From NCBI RefSeq assembly GCF_036321535.1, contig NC_087437.1, forward strand, positions 5,332,001 through 5,396,000: a DNA stretch of 64,000 bases, given 5' to 3'. Within the stretch, counting starts at the first letter, position 1, and every line of letters starts with the position of its first letter. The translations under genes and the position numbers were made by a program. The stretch is from Camelus dromedarius. Taxonomy: Eukaryota. Below, in pieces: positions 1 through 12,639 of this stretch. The notes below the pieces were generated by a model. That model ran no database searches and was not told where the DNA came from. It saw only the letters and a list, made by a program, of their open reading frames with translations.

Positions 1-1812
1 TCTGTGGGCCCGTCCGTCCTGCTGTCTGACCACCGCCTGGGATCATTTGCCCAGGGCCCGAGACTTCCCTAAGGGTGACCCTGCACCCCATCTCCCTGAG
101 GGCCACCAGGGACCAGCCCCCTCTACTGGCCTGGCTACCTCTCTTCTCTCCTCCTCATGCCCCCTCTCCCCACCTACATCCTCTTCCTTCTGACCACTCT
201 TGCCCCTTGCTAGCTGGGACCCGTGGCCATGATGTAATTGTTCTGGGCCTCAGTGTCCACGGCTGGGACACAGGCAGGACCACTGCGCCTACTTTACTGG
301 GTTGTCGGACCAGATGGTTGCTCAGTGGGAGCCGCTGAGACCCGCACAGGAGCTGCTCCTCACGTGATGCCCCATCATCTCTGCCCCAGGACCCAAGGGC
401 CGGCCTCCCCACCAGGACCCCTGGTCCCTCTGAAGGGAGGAGCCCCCTGGGGGGCACATGAGCAGAGGTCCTTCCAGGCCCTGAGAGGTCAAGACTGAAA
501 ATAGAAGATGGAGCCTTTCCTGTATGCTCCAGTCTAACCATCACCTTGTTTATGGGATAAAGTTCTCGTGCGTTTTACGACCCTGTGGAAAACAGTCTGA
601 AGCACAAATGTCTCTCAGAGTAAAGACGGGTGCTCTTCCAGATGGCAAACAGCTTAAAGATGTGCTTCCCAGCTCTGCCAGGTTGACCTGTAAGGACACT
701 CATTATCTTACTCAAAATAGGTTCCTTTTATAATGATGATTAGCCGCCTTTTTTTTTTTTTTTTTTTAAATTCTGGGAAAAGAACATATGCATCCCTGGC
801 CGACGGAAACCAGCTTTTCCAGAGCAGAGACGCCTTAACTCTGTAAGCCTTCCTGCCAGACCGCGCTCTCCGCCCATCGGAAGCAGAAGGGCAAAATCGT
901 GTTTGGGTTCTGAGTGGGTTTAAATGCATTTCGTTCCGAGAAATTGGCAGAAGTGCCCGGGGCCCGGGGTGTGGGAGGCCCTGCAGTGGGGACGTCCCAG
1001 CCTGAGCGCCGGCTTCACAGCTGCACGTGCCAGGGGAAATTTCATGTTCTGTCTTCAAGGAAGGAAGGCTGGGTTTCATGCAGCTCAAGCCCAGGGAGGG
1101 GAGAACAGCATTTCCAACACTCCAGTCGAGGTGGAAGAAAAACTGCATAAATTATCTGTGTCTCGGGGACTCAGGGTTGGAGAATGGGGTGGGGGGAGGG
1201 GAGGAGGCGATAACACAGCCTTGAATGCCAAAGCCGTAAGGGCCAGAGAGACAATGCAGGGCAGTGTGAAATTTCAGGTTCAAGGTGTCCTCCCCTCGGG
1301 CTCAGGTGGCCCCCGACACACACAGCCAGAAGGAGCCAAAGAGAAAACTTTGCTTTTGAAGCCCCAGTTCTTCCACGGCAGGGAGTGCCTGGGTACCAGT
1401 GCCCAGGGCCCCTCCCTGCTCGGCTCTAAGATGTTAGTATAACTAACCTTCAGGTTCCCAGGGACATAGTTAAAACCTCACACGGTCACAGAGAGCCTCT
1501 CTGGACCCATAAAAGAGGATGCTGTTGCCCAACCTGGAATGGGCGATGGGGTGACCCTGCAGGGAGCAGGAGGTACAGGGCTCCTCCCTGCACCCCCCAC
1601 CCCCCGTCAATGAGCAAGGGCTGTAACAGCTGCTCCAAGTACGTGCCTGGTGTCTGACAGTGCATCTCCAACAGGAGATCCAACAACCCCGGGCTTCAAG
1701 GAACTCTGTGGGCACCAGGGAAGGCCTCCCTGCACCAAGGGAGGTTACGGACCTTGCCGCCAAGAACAGAATCTCCTCTTCCTCGGTTATATCAACGAAA
1801 ATACCTTTTACA

Positions 1813-2018
1813 ACTGCACTGTCCCATACACGCGCCATTCATCTCCCGTGGCTACTGAAATTTAAATGAACATTAAATAAATTAGAAATTAAGCTCCCCC
1901 ATTGGACTAGCCACATCTCCAATGGCCAGCAGCCACTGGTGGCTGGCAGCTACCATACTGGATGGCACAGATACAGAACATTCTCATGGTGATGGCGAGT
2001 TCTACTGGATCGCGCTGC
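1813..2018. mobile_element. MER3-like hAT-Charlie DNA transposon fossil
   Basis: Motifs actagccacat, gctaccatactggatggcacagatacagaacatt and gttctactggat resemble recalled MER3 consensus. Confidence 0.65.
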
Positions 2019-3151
2019 TCGAGGTGTATTAACGAGCCCACCACCTTTCCTGGGTCACTCATCCGTCCCGCAGTCGGTCTCGTCGTGGCCCACTACTCAA
2101 TGCCTGCTGTTACTCTACAAACACGCTGACAGTCGACACCGATATGCAGAGTGTGACAAGGGACGTGCACGGTTTGGGATGATTTCGTGTTTGTACGTTC
2201 AGAATTTAGACCTGTGTCTCTTCTAAGGATATCTGCCAGCACGTCAAGGATGGCAAACAAAACAGAATCCAAACTCTGTTCCTGACTCTGCTAATTTTCA
2301 GAGAGGAAGCTGCTCAATAGCCAAGACGCAGTGCTGGCGGTGCCCCTGCCAGGTCTCCCCGGGATCAACGAGTTTGGTGTGACTTCAGTTCCACTGACTT
2401 AGGAATCCTGCTGACTGGCAGCCCCCAGGAGTCACACACGCTGGCATGTGGGCCCCACTCCCCAGACTGTCTCCCAGCTCTGACGCCTCCCTGGTGACCC
2501 GACTTGCCTTCATGTTAACCCGAAAACCCTCTTGCGGCTCAACACATCTCCCCACTCGGGACAAACTCTCTCTGCCTTAGAAAAGCTGGCACCAATAGTG
2601 CCATCCACACAGCAAACCCGCAGAGAGAACCCATTCCGGGGGAGAGGTATGGGGGCCGTGAGACCCAGGGGCGCAGCGTGTGTCCCCACGGAGCTGATGG
2701 AAGCCAGGCTGTTCAATTCACTTCACTGTCAATTCCAAGGTGCCGCTCCTGCTCATTCACATGTAATCCTGTCTAGAAACAATTCACACTTTTGGAGTGG
2801 AAGGAGCCTAGGGGGTAATTAACAAACCCCGGGAACAATCTTTTTAAAAGGCTTTAAAAGCAACACAGATTGAGGTCACCACCAATGAAACAGAATCACT
2901 CCTGCCTCTGTCATTTTAGCATATACCTAGCCGACGCCAAGAGGGGTCTGCAGAGCACAGGTGGTGGGCTTTCTGGGAGATTCCTTGGGCTGTGTTAATT
3001 ACAAGTCAGATGCAGCGCGTTCATCGACTGCAGAGCTTTCTGAGCGGGGCGGGCTTTGAAGTGGGGCTGAGGTGACCAGAGTGGGGGGCAGAGCTCCTCA
3101 GGGCTGCCCAGGGGGTTGGGGGTGGGGTGGGGTGGGCTGCACCTCCCGTAC

Positions 3152-3355
3152 CGTTGACCAGGCCGAGCTGGAAGACCGCATTCACCAGCACGCCTCCTTT
3201 CCGGAAGTGGTCACTCATGTGCTCCAGCCAGTTGGCATCCAGACCACTGACCGTCTGGCCGTTCCTGGAGACCCGGAGAGGAATGGTGACGGGATAGTAC
3301 TGCCGGCACTGCTGGCCGCTCTTCGGTTTGTTGAAAAGGGCGAAGATCTCCATTC
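3152..3355 (-). CDS. RFTN1: RFTN1 coding exon (about exon 6), 204 bp
   Basis: Acceptor cccgacag|GA and donor AACG|GTACGG. Encodes (R)MEIFALFNKPKSGQQCRQYYPVTIPLRVSRNGQTVSGLDANWLEHMSDHFRKGGVLVNAVFQLGLVN, a conserved raftlin segment. Confidence 0.96.
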
Positions 3356-5502
3356 CTGTCGGGGATTTGTAAAGAGGGGGGTAGGGAGAGAAGAGATCAA
3401 ATGGTGAGAAGCTGCCTCATCGGGCCCCACAGAACCTCTCAGGAGCCTCGGGAAATGATACCAAAGGCAAAATATTTATTAAGTTGCACTGTTGCCTAAA
3501 AATAAAACCCGATTCCAAGCAGTAAGGTGCCCTGAAAGTGACAGGGACTTCAAGTGTGGAGTCCTAAGAGGATTCAGGTTTGAATCTGGCATATAACCAA
3601 CAGCTCTCAGCCGGGATTAATTTGCAAGGTTGGGTGTCTGCGAGAAGGACATCGTAGACATTTCTAGAAATCCACACCAATGTGTGTTGTGGAAGAAAAA
3701 GTGGGCATATTTTGGTGTTAAAGAAAAAACAAATGCACAAAGTCACACAGACGCAAAAACACAGCTGTGATTCCAGGAACCGTGCACACCCCTGAACTCA
3801 CTATTTATAAATTGCAGTGGTGTTTCCTGGGGCCAAACCCATAATACTTAATCAAGTACATCAAAAATACATCATTGATATGTAAAAATAAATACGTTCC
3901 AGTAAACGAGGGTTCCTGCCCGGAGCGGTGGGTCGCTCCGACAGCCAAGCAGGCACTGGGAGTCAGGCCCTGCTTCCCGCTCCTTCATTTATAGCTCGGT
4001 TCTTCAAAAATCAATACTCACTCTCGCCCAGCAGCGGTCCTATGCCTGCCTGCCTGCTCTATGTGCTGCTGGTCGTGAGTGGCCAGCATCAGCCTCCAGA
4101 AGCAAATACCTGGAATTTCCATCTAAGTCTGAAGGTCTATTTTTGTGTTTCTCATTTAGTCAAGTCATCAGAGTTCGCCCAGCTTAAAGAGCTTTGCTTA
4201 TGCTTACACAGGCTACTCAGGAATATGCTTGGGTTTCCAAAAATATGTTTGGGTAAGAAGAAAATCCCCACCCTTTTTCCAAAGAAGTATCTGAAAGGTC
4301 ATGAACAATGGTTGACCTTAGCAAGAAGGACAAAGGACAAGCACGCTCCCCGCAGGAGACACCTCGCCTAGACCCGCATGCTGAGACACCTCTGTTTCAG
4401 TGTTTCACAACTTTTGCAGTATCCGAATGCATTACTTTTTTTCAATGGACACACTTCCCTTTATCTACATAAGGGCACTAAAAAGGAAACTCTAGCTTCA
4501 CCACTGTAAGGAAAGCCACTACCTGTCTGCCACAAACAGGAGGGGAGGAGGCAAATTCACACAAACACGTGCACCCGTGCATCTCAAATTATCCCACACG
4601 GTGACTGTATTCTGGGACAAAGGAAGTCTTTTCACAGCCCCATTTGAGCAAGCACCAGCAGAGATCTCCGGGGAGCACTGCTGGGCCACAGGCTCTGCCG
4701 TCAGCAGCCGTGGGGATGGGGGGGGGGGGGGAGGAGGCATTTCTCGCCATCCACTGCATAGAACCAGTTAGGAAGGAGGGGTCCCCATCTTCACTGACGG
4801 CCACCTGGATTCTCAACAACCAACGCTGGCCCGTTCATCCTCCCCACCCCAAACTACCTTTCTTGGTCCATTTACCTGACTCAGGAAGCCACTGAAAATC
4901 CCAGCCAGTAAGTGCTTTCACATGGGCAATCAGGGCTAGGTATACGGAGTGAGCCATCCCTAGACCTTCGCGACTTTCACATACACATTTGGGGAATGGG
5001 GTCATGTAGGGAAAGGCTTGTAACAGATGGGAACGGAGCAATGGATCAGAGCTGAGGGACGGGTCAGGAAGTGATGGGGGCATGTTCCAGTCCAAGGTGT
5101 CAGGGGCTCAAATAAGAGCTGCAGCTGCTAAAGGCCAGAGGCTAAGCCACCAGTGAGTCCTTGACTTCATCTGGATTTCTTCAAAAGCAGACCCTGTATG
5201 CTTCTGGGTGCAAGTAGTTCGCTGGGGAAGTGATCCCAGGAGACAGAGCGAGGGAGCTGGGAGGAGAAACAGGGCAGAGATGAACGCCAAGGCAGGCTGC
5301 GCTGATGAGCAGGTTCCTTCCAGGGCAGCTGGGCACCCGAGACACTGTGCACACACACCCCAGGTCACCCTAAGAGGGTTAAAGGAAGCTGGCATCTGTC
5401 CTCAGGGGCTGAGGGCCACTCTGGAGGCATTAATTCCCTGGGGCATCTGCCCCATTCCAGAGACATCTGCAGGCAGAGATTAAGAAAGCTGTCCTCTTAG
5501 TC

Positions 5503-5654
5503 GGGAGGGCACAGCTCAGTGGTAGAGCACATGTTTAGCATGCACGAGGCCCTGGGTTCACTCCCCGGTACCTCCATTAAATAAATAAACAAACAAATAA
5601 TCAATCAATCAATCAATCAAACAAGCCAATCTAATTACCACTCCCCACCCCAAA
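5503..5654 (+). mobile_element. tRNA-Ala-derived camelid SINE (Vic-1-like)
   Basis: Head agctcagtggtagagcac...gggttcactcccc with A/B boxes and a ctaattacc tail. TSD aaagctgtcctc at 5485-5496 and 5655-5666. Confidence 0.9.
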
Positions 5655-6227
5655 AAAGCTGTCCTCAGGTGATCTCAAGGTGGGCCACAGCACTGGTCAC
5701 CATAGTCTGCCACAGTCAAGCACAAACACATGATGAGTGGGGAACTGAGAAGTGGCCGAAGTCCAAGACTACATGACAACACTTGGTCACACAGAAGCAC
5801 CCCCCCAGCTACAGGGCCAGGGGAAACCACAACTTTCCCACAAGCATAATGAGACAGAAAGAGGGAACGTGGGGAGGAGGAGAGTGCCGGGGCGGGGCAG
5901 GGAATTCGGAGCCTCAACGCAGAGGAGGTGGATGGCGGGGTACTGACAGAGGCCCCCAGTTTTCCCGTCTGGATCCTCCCAGGGGAGAAGGACCGAAGCC
6001 AAGGACAGAAATAAACTTCTCAGGAAGGAAAAGGAAAGGCTGTTAGAATCCAAAGCCACCAAAGCCTGAGCAGCAATGAAACATTGGAAGAAACCTGATT
6101 TCAGATGCAGAACCCTTCTGGAAACTCCTCTGCCCTGCGGGCTCCTTGGCCACGGTCCTCTCTACTCACATGGAAACCAGCCAAGAGAAACTGTCCCCAA
6201 ATGATGCCTTTTGATGTCTTAATATTC

Positions 6228-6319
6228 TTTTAATTTTTTTTAATGGAGGTGCTGGGGATTGAACCCAGGACCTTGTGCATGCTAAGCACATGCTCTACCA
6301 CTGAGCTACACCCTCCCCC
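6228..6319 (-). mobile_element. Vic-1-like SINE (short form)
   Basis: Reverse complement of the tRNA-Ala-like head plus a T-rich tail. Confidence 0.9.
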
Positions 6320-9300
6320 ACCAGAAGTCTGATCCTCCAACACACGTCCTCACATGAGCAGACACCAGGGATTCCAAAAAGAAGTCCAAGTTTGTTTACC
6401 TTTTCTCAGTTGCTCTGGGACTCTGTCCTGACCCCAGCTAGAAGATTTTTCCAGACATGGGACAGAATGTCCCAAAGGAGGGGACACATTGTTCTGAGAA
6501 TGCTCTGAGAAGGGCTGAAAAGCTGCCCAGGCCAGCACCCAGGGAGCTCCGAGACAGTCCTGTCTTGTAGTTCTGCTTATGTCTGGTGTCTCGCTCTTGC
6601 CCCCTGACTCGGGGGTAGGGGGAGCTTGTCTTGATCCCTTGTGTTTAGAAAAGGTGTGCGTTCAGAAAACATGGCAGGTGCCACACAGATGTTTGATGGG
6701 TGGACCTCAGCCAGACAAGGGCGAGAAGTTAGGGAGGAGGGGGCGGGGCTGGGGCCAGCCAGGCGCTGCCGGCCTGACAGCCTGTTCCGTTCAGGCCTTG
6801 CTGGTAAATTCCTCAGATCAAGGAGGAAGCAGGCAGATGTCCAGTTCTAAGGCTGGTACCAGGCAGGAGGGACTCAGGCACGGGACAGAAGTCTGCAGGC
6901 TTCCAGAGAGCCTACCACTTGCAGGAAGGAGGTGGGCTGCTTGGGGCCTGGCATCCCAGGAGACTCCCACGCTGCAGGAAAGAAAGTGCTCAGAGTCTGG
7001 CCAGAAGCATGGGGCTCCGAGGGTGGAGGAGAAGGCAGCTGGCGAGTTAGCTGGGTTGGCAGGAACAAGCGGGTGTCAGAGTTGGCCTGGGGGCTCAGGT
7101 CTGCTGAGGTGGGCAGGGGAGTGAAGACGAAAGGTGTGCACTGGGAAGGCAGGGCTGTGGGCGCCGTCGGGGGACAAGAGGGCAGATTTCTGAATCTGGG
7201 AGGAGGCTGCTTCGGGCTTGGGTGCTAACAGTGTGGCATCTCTATGCTTGGGGGTGGCCTGTTTGCCTGGCAAAGCATGGAACCCACTGCACGCATAGCC
7301 ATCCACAGAGTCCCCTGGTCAGGATGTCAGCGGCCCCAGGCACATGGATGCATTGTCAAGGGCCTCCACAGCTACCATTTCATGTGACCCTCCAGCCCCC
7401 ACTGCATCCCTTCTGTGCCCAAAAGCCTTGAGTGGATCCCCGGGAATCACAAGCTGGTAAGAGGCAAAGAGTCTTTCAAACCCCCAACCCTGGGCTGCCT
7501 CCCAACTCTAACAAGAGGCTAATCTCATCGGCACACAGAAAGCGGGCGCCGACGACCGTGGGTGGGAGTTCAACAGCTGTTTGTTAATGGACGGAGTAAA
7601 AGGCCAGAGAGATGGTGGCAGGTGGCAGATGGGGGGTGGGGGAGGGGACAGAACCACAGGGTGGAAATATTCCAGGGGCCCCAGGAAGAGTGGACAGGCC
7701 CAGCGAGGGACGGGGCACGCCATCAGAAAAGGCAGGCTTGGGAGGCATCCCCCAGCATGAGTGCCTGCCCAGGGGACCTACTGGAGAGAACCCCTCCCAA
7801 GGAGGACACTGAGGTCCCTGGCTCGGGTTTCTGGCTGCACCTCCAGGCATCTGGAGTGAGGAGGCGCAGGTGGGAAGGCAGAGCTCGGAAGGCTTTGATT
7901 GTTATTTCGGTGACCGTGAGAACAGGTCTAATCTGCGCTAACCTGCGTGGCCTCCTTGCTCCTCCGACTGCAGCTGCAGCAGAAGACAAGCTGGGGATGT
8001 GGGAGGCAGGAGAGAAACACCAGGGGACGGCCAGCGACACCTCCCTAACCTTTCTGAGCGCCGGCCTCCCCCCTGGCCTGTTTATGGTGAATGACGGAAG
8101 CTTCTCCCCATCGCAGAAGACTGTGGGGAACCCAGCAGGGGGGCTGTATTCTGGGTCTCCCCCGGAACCAGGGGGGCAAGTGTGAGGTCTGAGAAGGGAG
8201 CATCTTGGAGCAGGGCCATCCCACCCCAGCTCAGGTGATGTGTGTACAGCGCAACATCAAACCAAGGCCATTCCCCAGGATGCAGAGATAAAAGTCTGTG
8301 AGGGAGAAGAAACTCCCACGGGGAGCAGAACTCCGGGGCCAGAGCAGTTCTTGAGGCCCGCGGGGGGCGGGGGATGGAGGGGCACCCTGTTTCCCATTGG
8401 GGGATGGGGACTGAGCTGCGACAGTCCTGTCTGAGCAGTGGCGCCCGGCTCCCCCAGGCTCCTACAGAGGAAAGAAATGAAAGAGGGAGGCGGAGGGGAG
8501 GAGGCAGACTCCCTCTGGGTTTTTTTAATTGCCTTGCTGTGATTGCCTATTTAAGCCCACCTGGCAGAACAAGGAGTAAAAGCACTTCGCCCTCCTTAGG
8601 GGGCCCGGAGAGAAAGAGAGCTGAACGTGGCAAGGAGCGGGGAGGGGCGGCCGGTGGGGGCGGGGAGGGGGCAGTGCGTGGACTTCCCGGGGAGGCCAAG
8701 GCAGGGCTCCCCCGGAAAAACAAGGGGCGAAGCAGGGGTCAGGTGGGGGCCATGACCCACGAGGATAGGGCCCCGGACATCCAGCCTTCAAGGAGGCTGA
8801 GTGCTCCAACTACGAGATACAGTCTAACTCTATGAGCGCGTGCAAGGTGACTTTCTCGCGCACCTGCCTCTCCATGACTCCTGCCCCGACCCCGACCCTC
8901 CCACAACCCTGGATGGGAGAGCCGGGCTCCAAGGAGGCCCGTCCTGCTTCTCAGGATTCAGCCCAACGGCAGTGTGACACGGAGGCTCTGAAATAAGACC
9001 GGGACGCTCCTTGGGAGGCGCCCACAGGGTCCCAGTGTGCTCTCAGCTACTCTACGGGAGCCGAGTCCACCCCTCACTGTGTGAAGAGTCCCGCACGGCC
9101 ATCCACGTCACACATACTTAAGAAGGATCAAGGCCTCGATGAGGCGGACCTAAGTCTCTCCCAGAACTGAGGCTGCTCCGATCTCCCCGCCAGGGTCAAC
9201 CTGCCAACCAGCCCCAGAACTAACCGCCCCACAGCTTTCTTTTCAGGAAGAACTGACATCACAAGAGAAACTACTTCGCCCTCTTTTCTGTTCCCCAGGC

Positions 9301-9521
9301 ATCAATGGTCCCTCGGCATTTATAAGAGGCTGACTTCAAGAATTAGTCAATAAATCATAACATTAACCAGGGAGATGACCCAGAAAGGCCTACGGAGAAA
9401 TGGGCCTCCTGCGATGATACAAGAGCTCACCCGCATCACAGGCAGGAGGCAGGGACCACCGTGCAAAACGCTTCCCGGCACGGGGCCTGGTTCAGGGCAA
9501 GCAGGAATAACCGCTGGCAGA

Positions 9522-9635
9522 GGGGGAGGGTGACAGCTCAGTGGTGGGGCGCGTGCTTAGCGTGCACAAGGTCCTGGGTTCAACGCCCAGTGCCTCCATT
9601 AAAAAAATTTTTTTTAAATAAAAGAAAAAATAAAC
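9522..9635 (+). mobile_element. Vic-1-like SINE (short form)
   Basis: ggggagggtgacagctcagtggtggggcgcgtgcttagcgtgcacaaggtcctgggttcaa followed by an A-rich tail. Confidence 0.88.
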
Positions 9636-10266
9636 ATCAGCTAGCATCCTCGTTGTGTTGACTTCTCATCCCCAACCTGCAGCACAGGCTCCAATGGCCG
9701 GCGCGACCATGTGATTAAGAGGGTCCACCTGTTGGTGGCGGCTCCTTGGCTGTGTCCCCTCCACAGTGCTCATCCGCCAGCTATATCAACTCCCTGAAAT
9801 CTGGTGGTTTACAGCTGAGTGAGCTGCACCACCAGCTTCCTGCACAGCTTGTCCTCAGCTGACTGTCTTGGTTTCCTTCCTGAGGCAGATAATCAAAACA
9901 AGCGGCCCTGAAGCGGAGAGTACTTTCTGCACCGGTGGCCAGCGTGTTGAGACTTCCTGTGTTAGAGCAGGGTAATTCCGGGGCAGCGCAAGGACAGGGG
10001 GTAAAACACCTCTCCACCTAGAATCCACTTCACACGTGACACTTTGGAGCGGCTGCAGGTCAGTGTCACGTGGTCCTGCTCCCCGGAAGTCACAGCTTCA
10101 GGAAGGCAACAGTCAGGAGGTCCGGGACACTGCTTGACAGTTTCTCCTGTCTGATGGACTGCCGTCTCTAGATAATTCCACTCCTTTTTCCTAAGATGCC
10201 AGGGGGATTCCTGAAAAGCTAGCAGCCTCTGTAAGTGGGTCAGAGTCCTCACGAGGACATACTTAC

Positions 10267-10597
10267 TTCCTGAGAGTGGTTCTCCGTGCGCTTCTGACGG
10301 GTCACCATCCGGTCCATCTGGGGTCTCGCTCACCCCGCGCAGTGGAGATTCCGCGCCGTCACCCTCTCCTGAAGCTGAGTGGGGCTGCTGGGCGGCGGGT
10401 GTCTCCTCTCCCGGGCCCTGGCCAGGCTCTGGGCTCCCGTCCGCAGCCCCCAGGCTCTCCTCATCCCCACACCTGCCAGGCTCCTTTGTCGCATCCCTGG
10501 CGTCCGTCTGGGGGCCGCTGCCTGCTGAGGTCCCCGGGCCGCGGTGCTGAGGTATGACCCCCACGAATTTCAGGCCCCGACTCGCAGCCTCCTGGAC
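10267..10597 (-). CDS. RFTN1: RFTN1 coding exon (about exon 5), 331 bp
   Basis: Acceptor tttgccccacag|GTC and donor GGAA|GTAAGT (phase 1). Encodes VQEAASRGLKFVGVIPQ...SEAHGEPLSG, inside track ORF 9962..10693. Confidence 0.96.
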
Positions 10598-11789
10598 CTG
10601 TGGGGCAAACAGAATGGAAGGACCGGGTGAAGGGGACGTCCTAACAAAGGCGGGAGGCCTGCCACACCTGAAACGCCTCAAGGCAGCACCCACACCCCAG
10701 CCCCGGCCCCACTGGGAACAGACAGCGTGGGGCTGGCTTTTCTGAAACTACGGAAAAATAAAACCTTTGGCTGTGAAGGGCTGGGATGACCTCCCTTTGA
10801 AACACTGCATTAGTCCCGATGAGTAATTTTTTTTCTAAGAGGCTACAAAAAGGTTCTAAAAGGATGAGCTGGAACAAAGAGGCTGAAAGAGGAAGTTCAT
10901 TTTGGTAAGGGTTTATTTTTTCTTTTTTTCTGATGAATCACCTACTTCCTGCTAATCAGGCTACCATCTAACACAACAGGTCTATATAACCAGATACTAA
11001 CCACCAGGGGACATTTTATGACCCAAAGAGCTTCCTCTTTTAAACAATAGTTTTGGCAGAGAAGGGCAGGGGTGGGGAGGATCACCCCTGCGCAAAAGCT
11101 GGCGGGAATATCCCAGCGAGAGGGGACATCCAATGACAGTAGTCTACAGGGAAGCCGAAGGCGTCCAGAAACCACGCCCAGCCCATCGGCATCGCTCGGC
11201 CACACTCCCTGTACCCCGTCCAGGTAACAGGTGGCCCCTGCTCACGCGAGCCTCCAGATGGGGGCCAAACGGCCACACGGAGTACTGTGCCACGTTAACT
11301 CTCCCCTCCCTAAAAAACACCCCAGGCAACTGGCTAACAGTCAGAAGTGAGAGAAAAATGGAAGGTAACAGCCAAATAAAATCAAGCAAGAGCCGGCCAA
11401 AACTAGGAGATAGGTTTCAGGGGACTTTCTGGGCAAGGATGCTCAAGTCCCTTTACCAATAATAATCAGGAGGTGGCGGCCTCAGAGCTGTGTGAGTGTT
11501 AGTCACCAACCCCCAAGTGGATGACCTCAGAAAATCCTAAGGCTTCCGCAGTGATGGGCCCCTGGCATTGAGAATTAGTACAAAATTCTAGCACAGAGCT
11601 ACTCTCTAAAGGAGAAGCCAGCCTTGGCAGCCCTCCCCGGATAGTCCACCCTAACTTAAGGCAGAAGGTCATTTCAGTTCAACACGGGCCATTCTAGAAA
11701 ATGACCTGGAGCAGTTAAGAATATACAGCCCAGCCTTTCTATAAAGTCTAGCCTGTGCCAGACATAATGATAACAATAGTAGTAACTAC

Positions 11790-11995
11790 CATCTGCTGCA
11801 GACCTACTATGCACCGAGCCCTGCACTGTGCATTTTATAGAAACTGTTTTACTAAATCCTTTAATGACCCTGCATGGTATCATTATCTTCATCTCAGATG
11901 AGGACACTGAGACCCAGAGACATTAAAGTCATAAAGCAAGCTGTGGGCAGCCAGGGTTCAAAGCCAGGCCTGCCTCGGGTCCAAGCTCATTCTCT
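11790..11995 (-). mobile_element. MIR SINE
   Basis: MIR core cagatgaggacactgagacccagaga...gggttcaaagccagg. Confidence 0.7.
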
Positions 11996-12639
11996 CTTAA
12001 GTTCAAGACCAAGTGGACACTTGTCCAAGCATCAAGCACATACATGTTCTTGGGTATGTCTGTGCCCATATGCATGCCCATGGCTGGCTCAATTCACATT
12101 TCAGAAGTTAAAAAGAAAAACTTAAAGTCATCCTTTTCATCCTCAAAATTCATTTTTTACCCACGAATCTGTGATATCTACCTAATATTAGAAATTGCTT
12201 TGGAAAGCTTCTAAAAAGAAGACATAGGTATCAAAAGTTTTAAAAGAAAAGAGTGGGGAGATAATTACCCCAAAGAGCCTTAGGTTAAGGGACAGCTGAC
12301 AAGGTACAGCTCCGAGCTCCCTGGCAGCACAAAGGAAAAGAGAAATGCGATGGATTTCACAGTCCTCCCACGAAACGAGGAAAGACTCCTGGTCAATATG
12401 ATAGAAGCATAATATGCCAGTAAGAAACAGAGAAAGTGCTGTATGACGCTGGCTGAGATACACAGCAAATTTTCTTCCTTAGTCTTACAGAAAATGAAGA
12501 GACATTTTTCTTACCCTGTTTTATATTCTTAACTCTTGATAGAAGGTGGAGACATTTTGATAAGGCACAGATCTTTGTTTTTCAGAATTTCCAAGTCTCA
12601 TTTTAAACAAACATCCCTCCCCTTCAATTCTATTTTCCA

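Noticed and set aside
7562..8185. 207-aa ORF and other long ORFs (924-1442, 6579-7124, 32106-32630, 35980-36513, 51857-52345)
   Set aside because: No recognisable homology or splice support; expected by chance in GC-rich intron, and many use non-ATG starts.
9962..10693. 243-aa single-exon protein
   Set aside because: Only 10267-10597 is exon; the flanks are open intronic sequence beyond clear splice sites.
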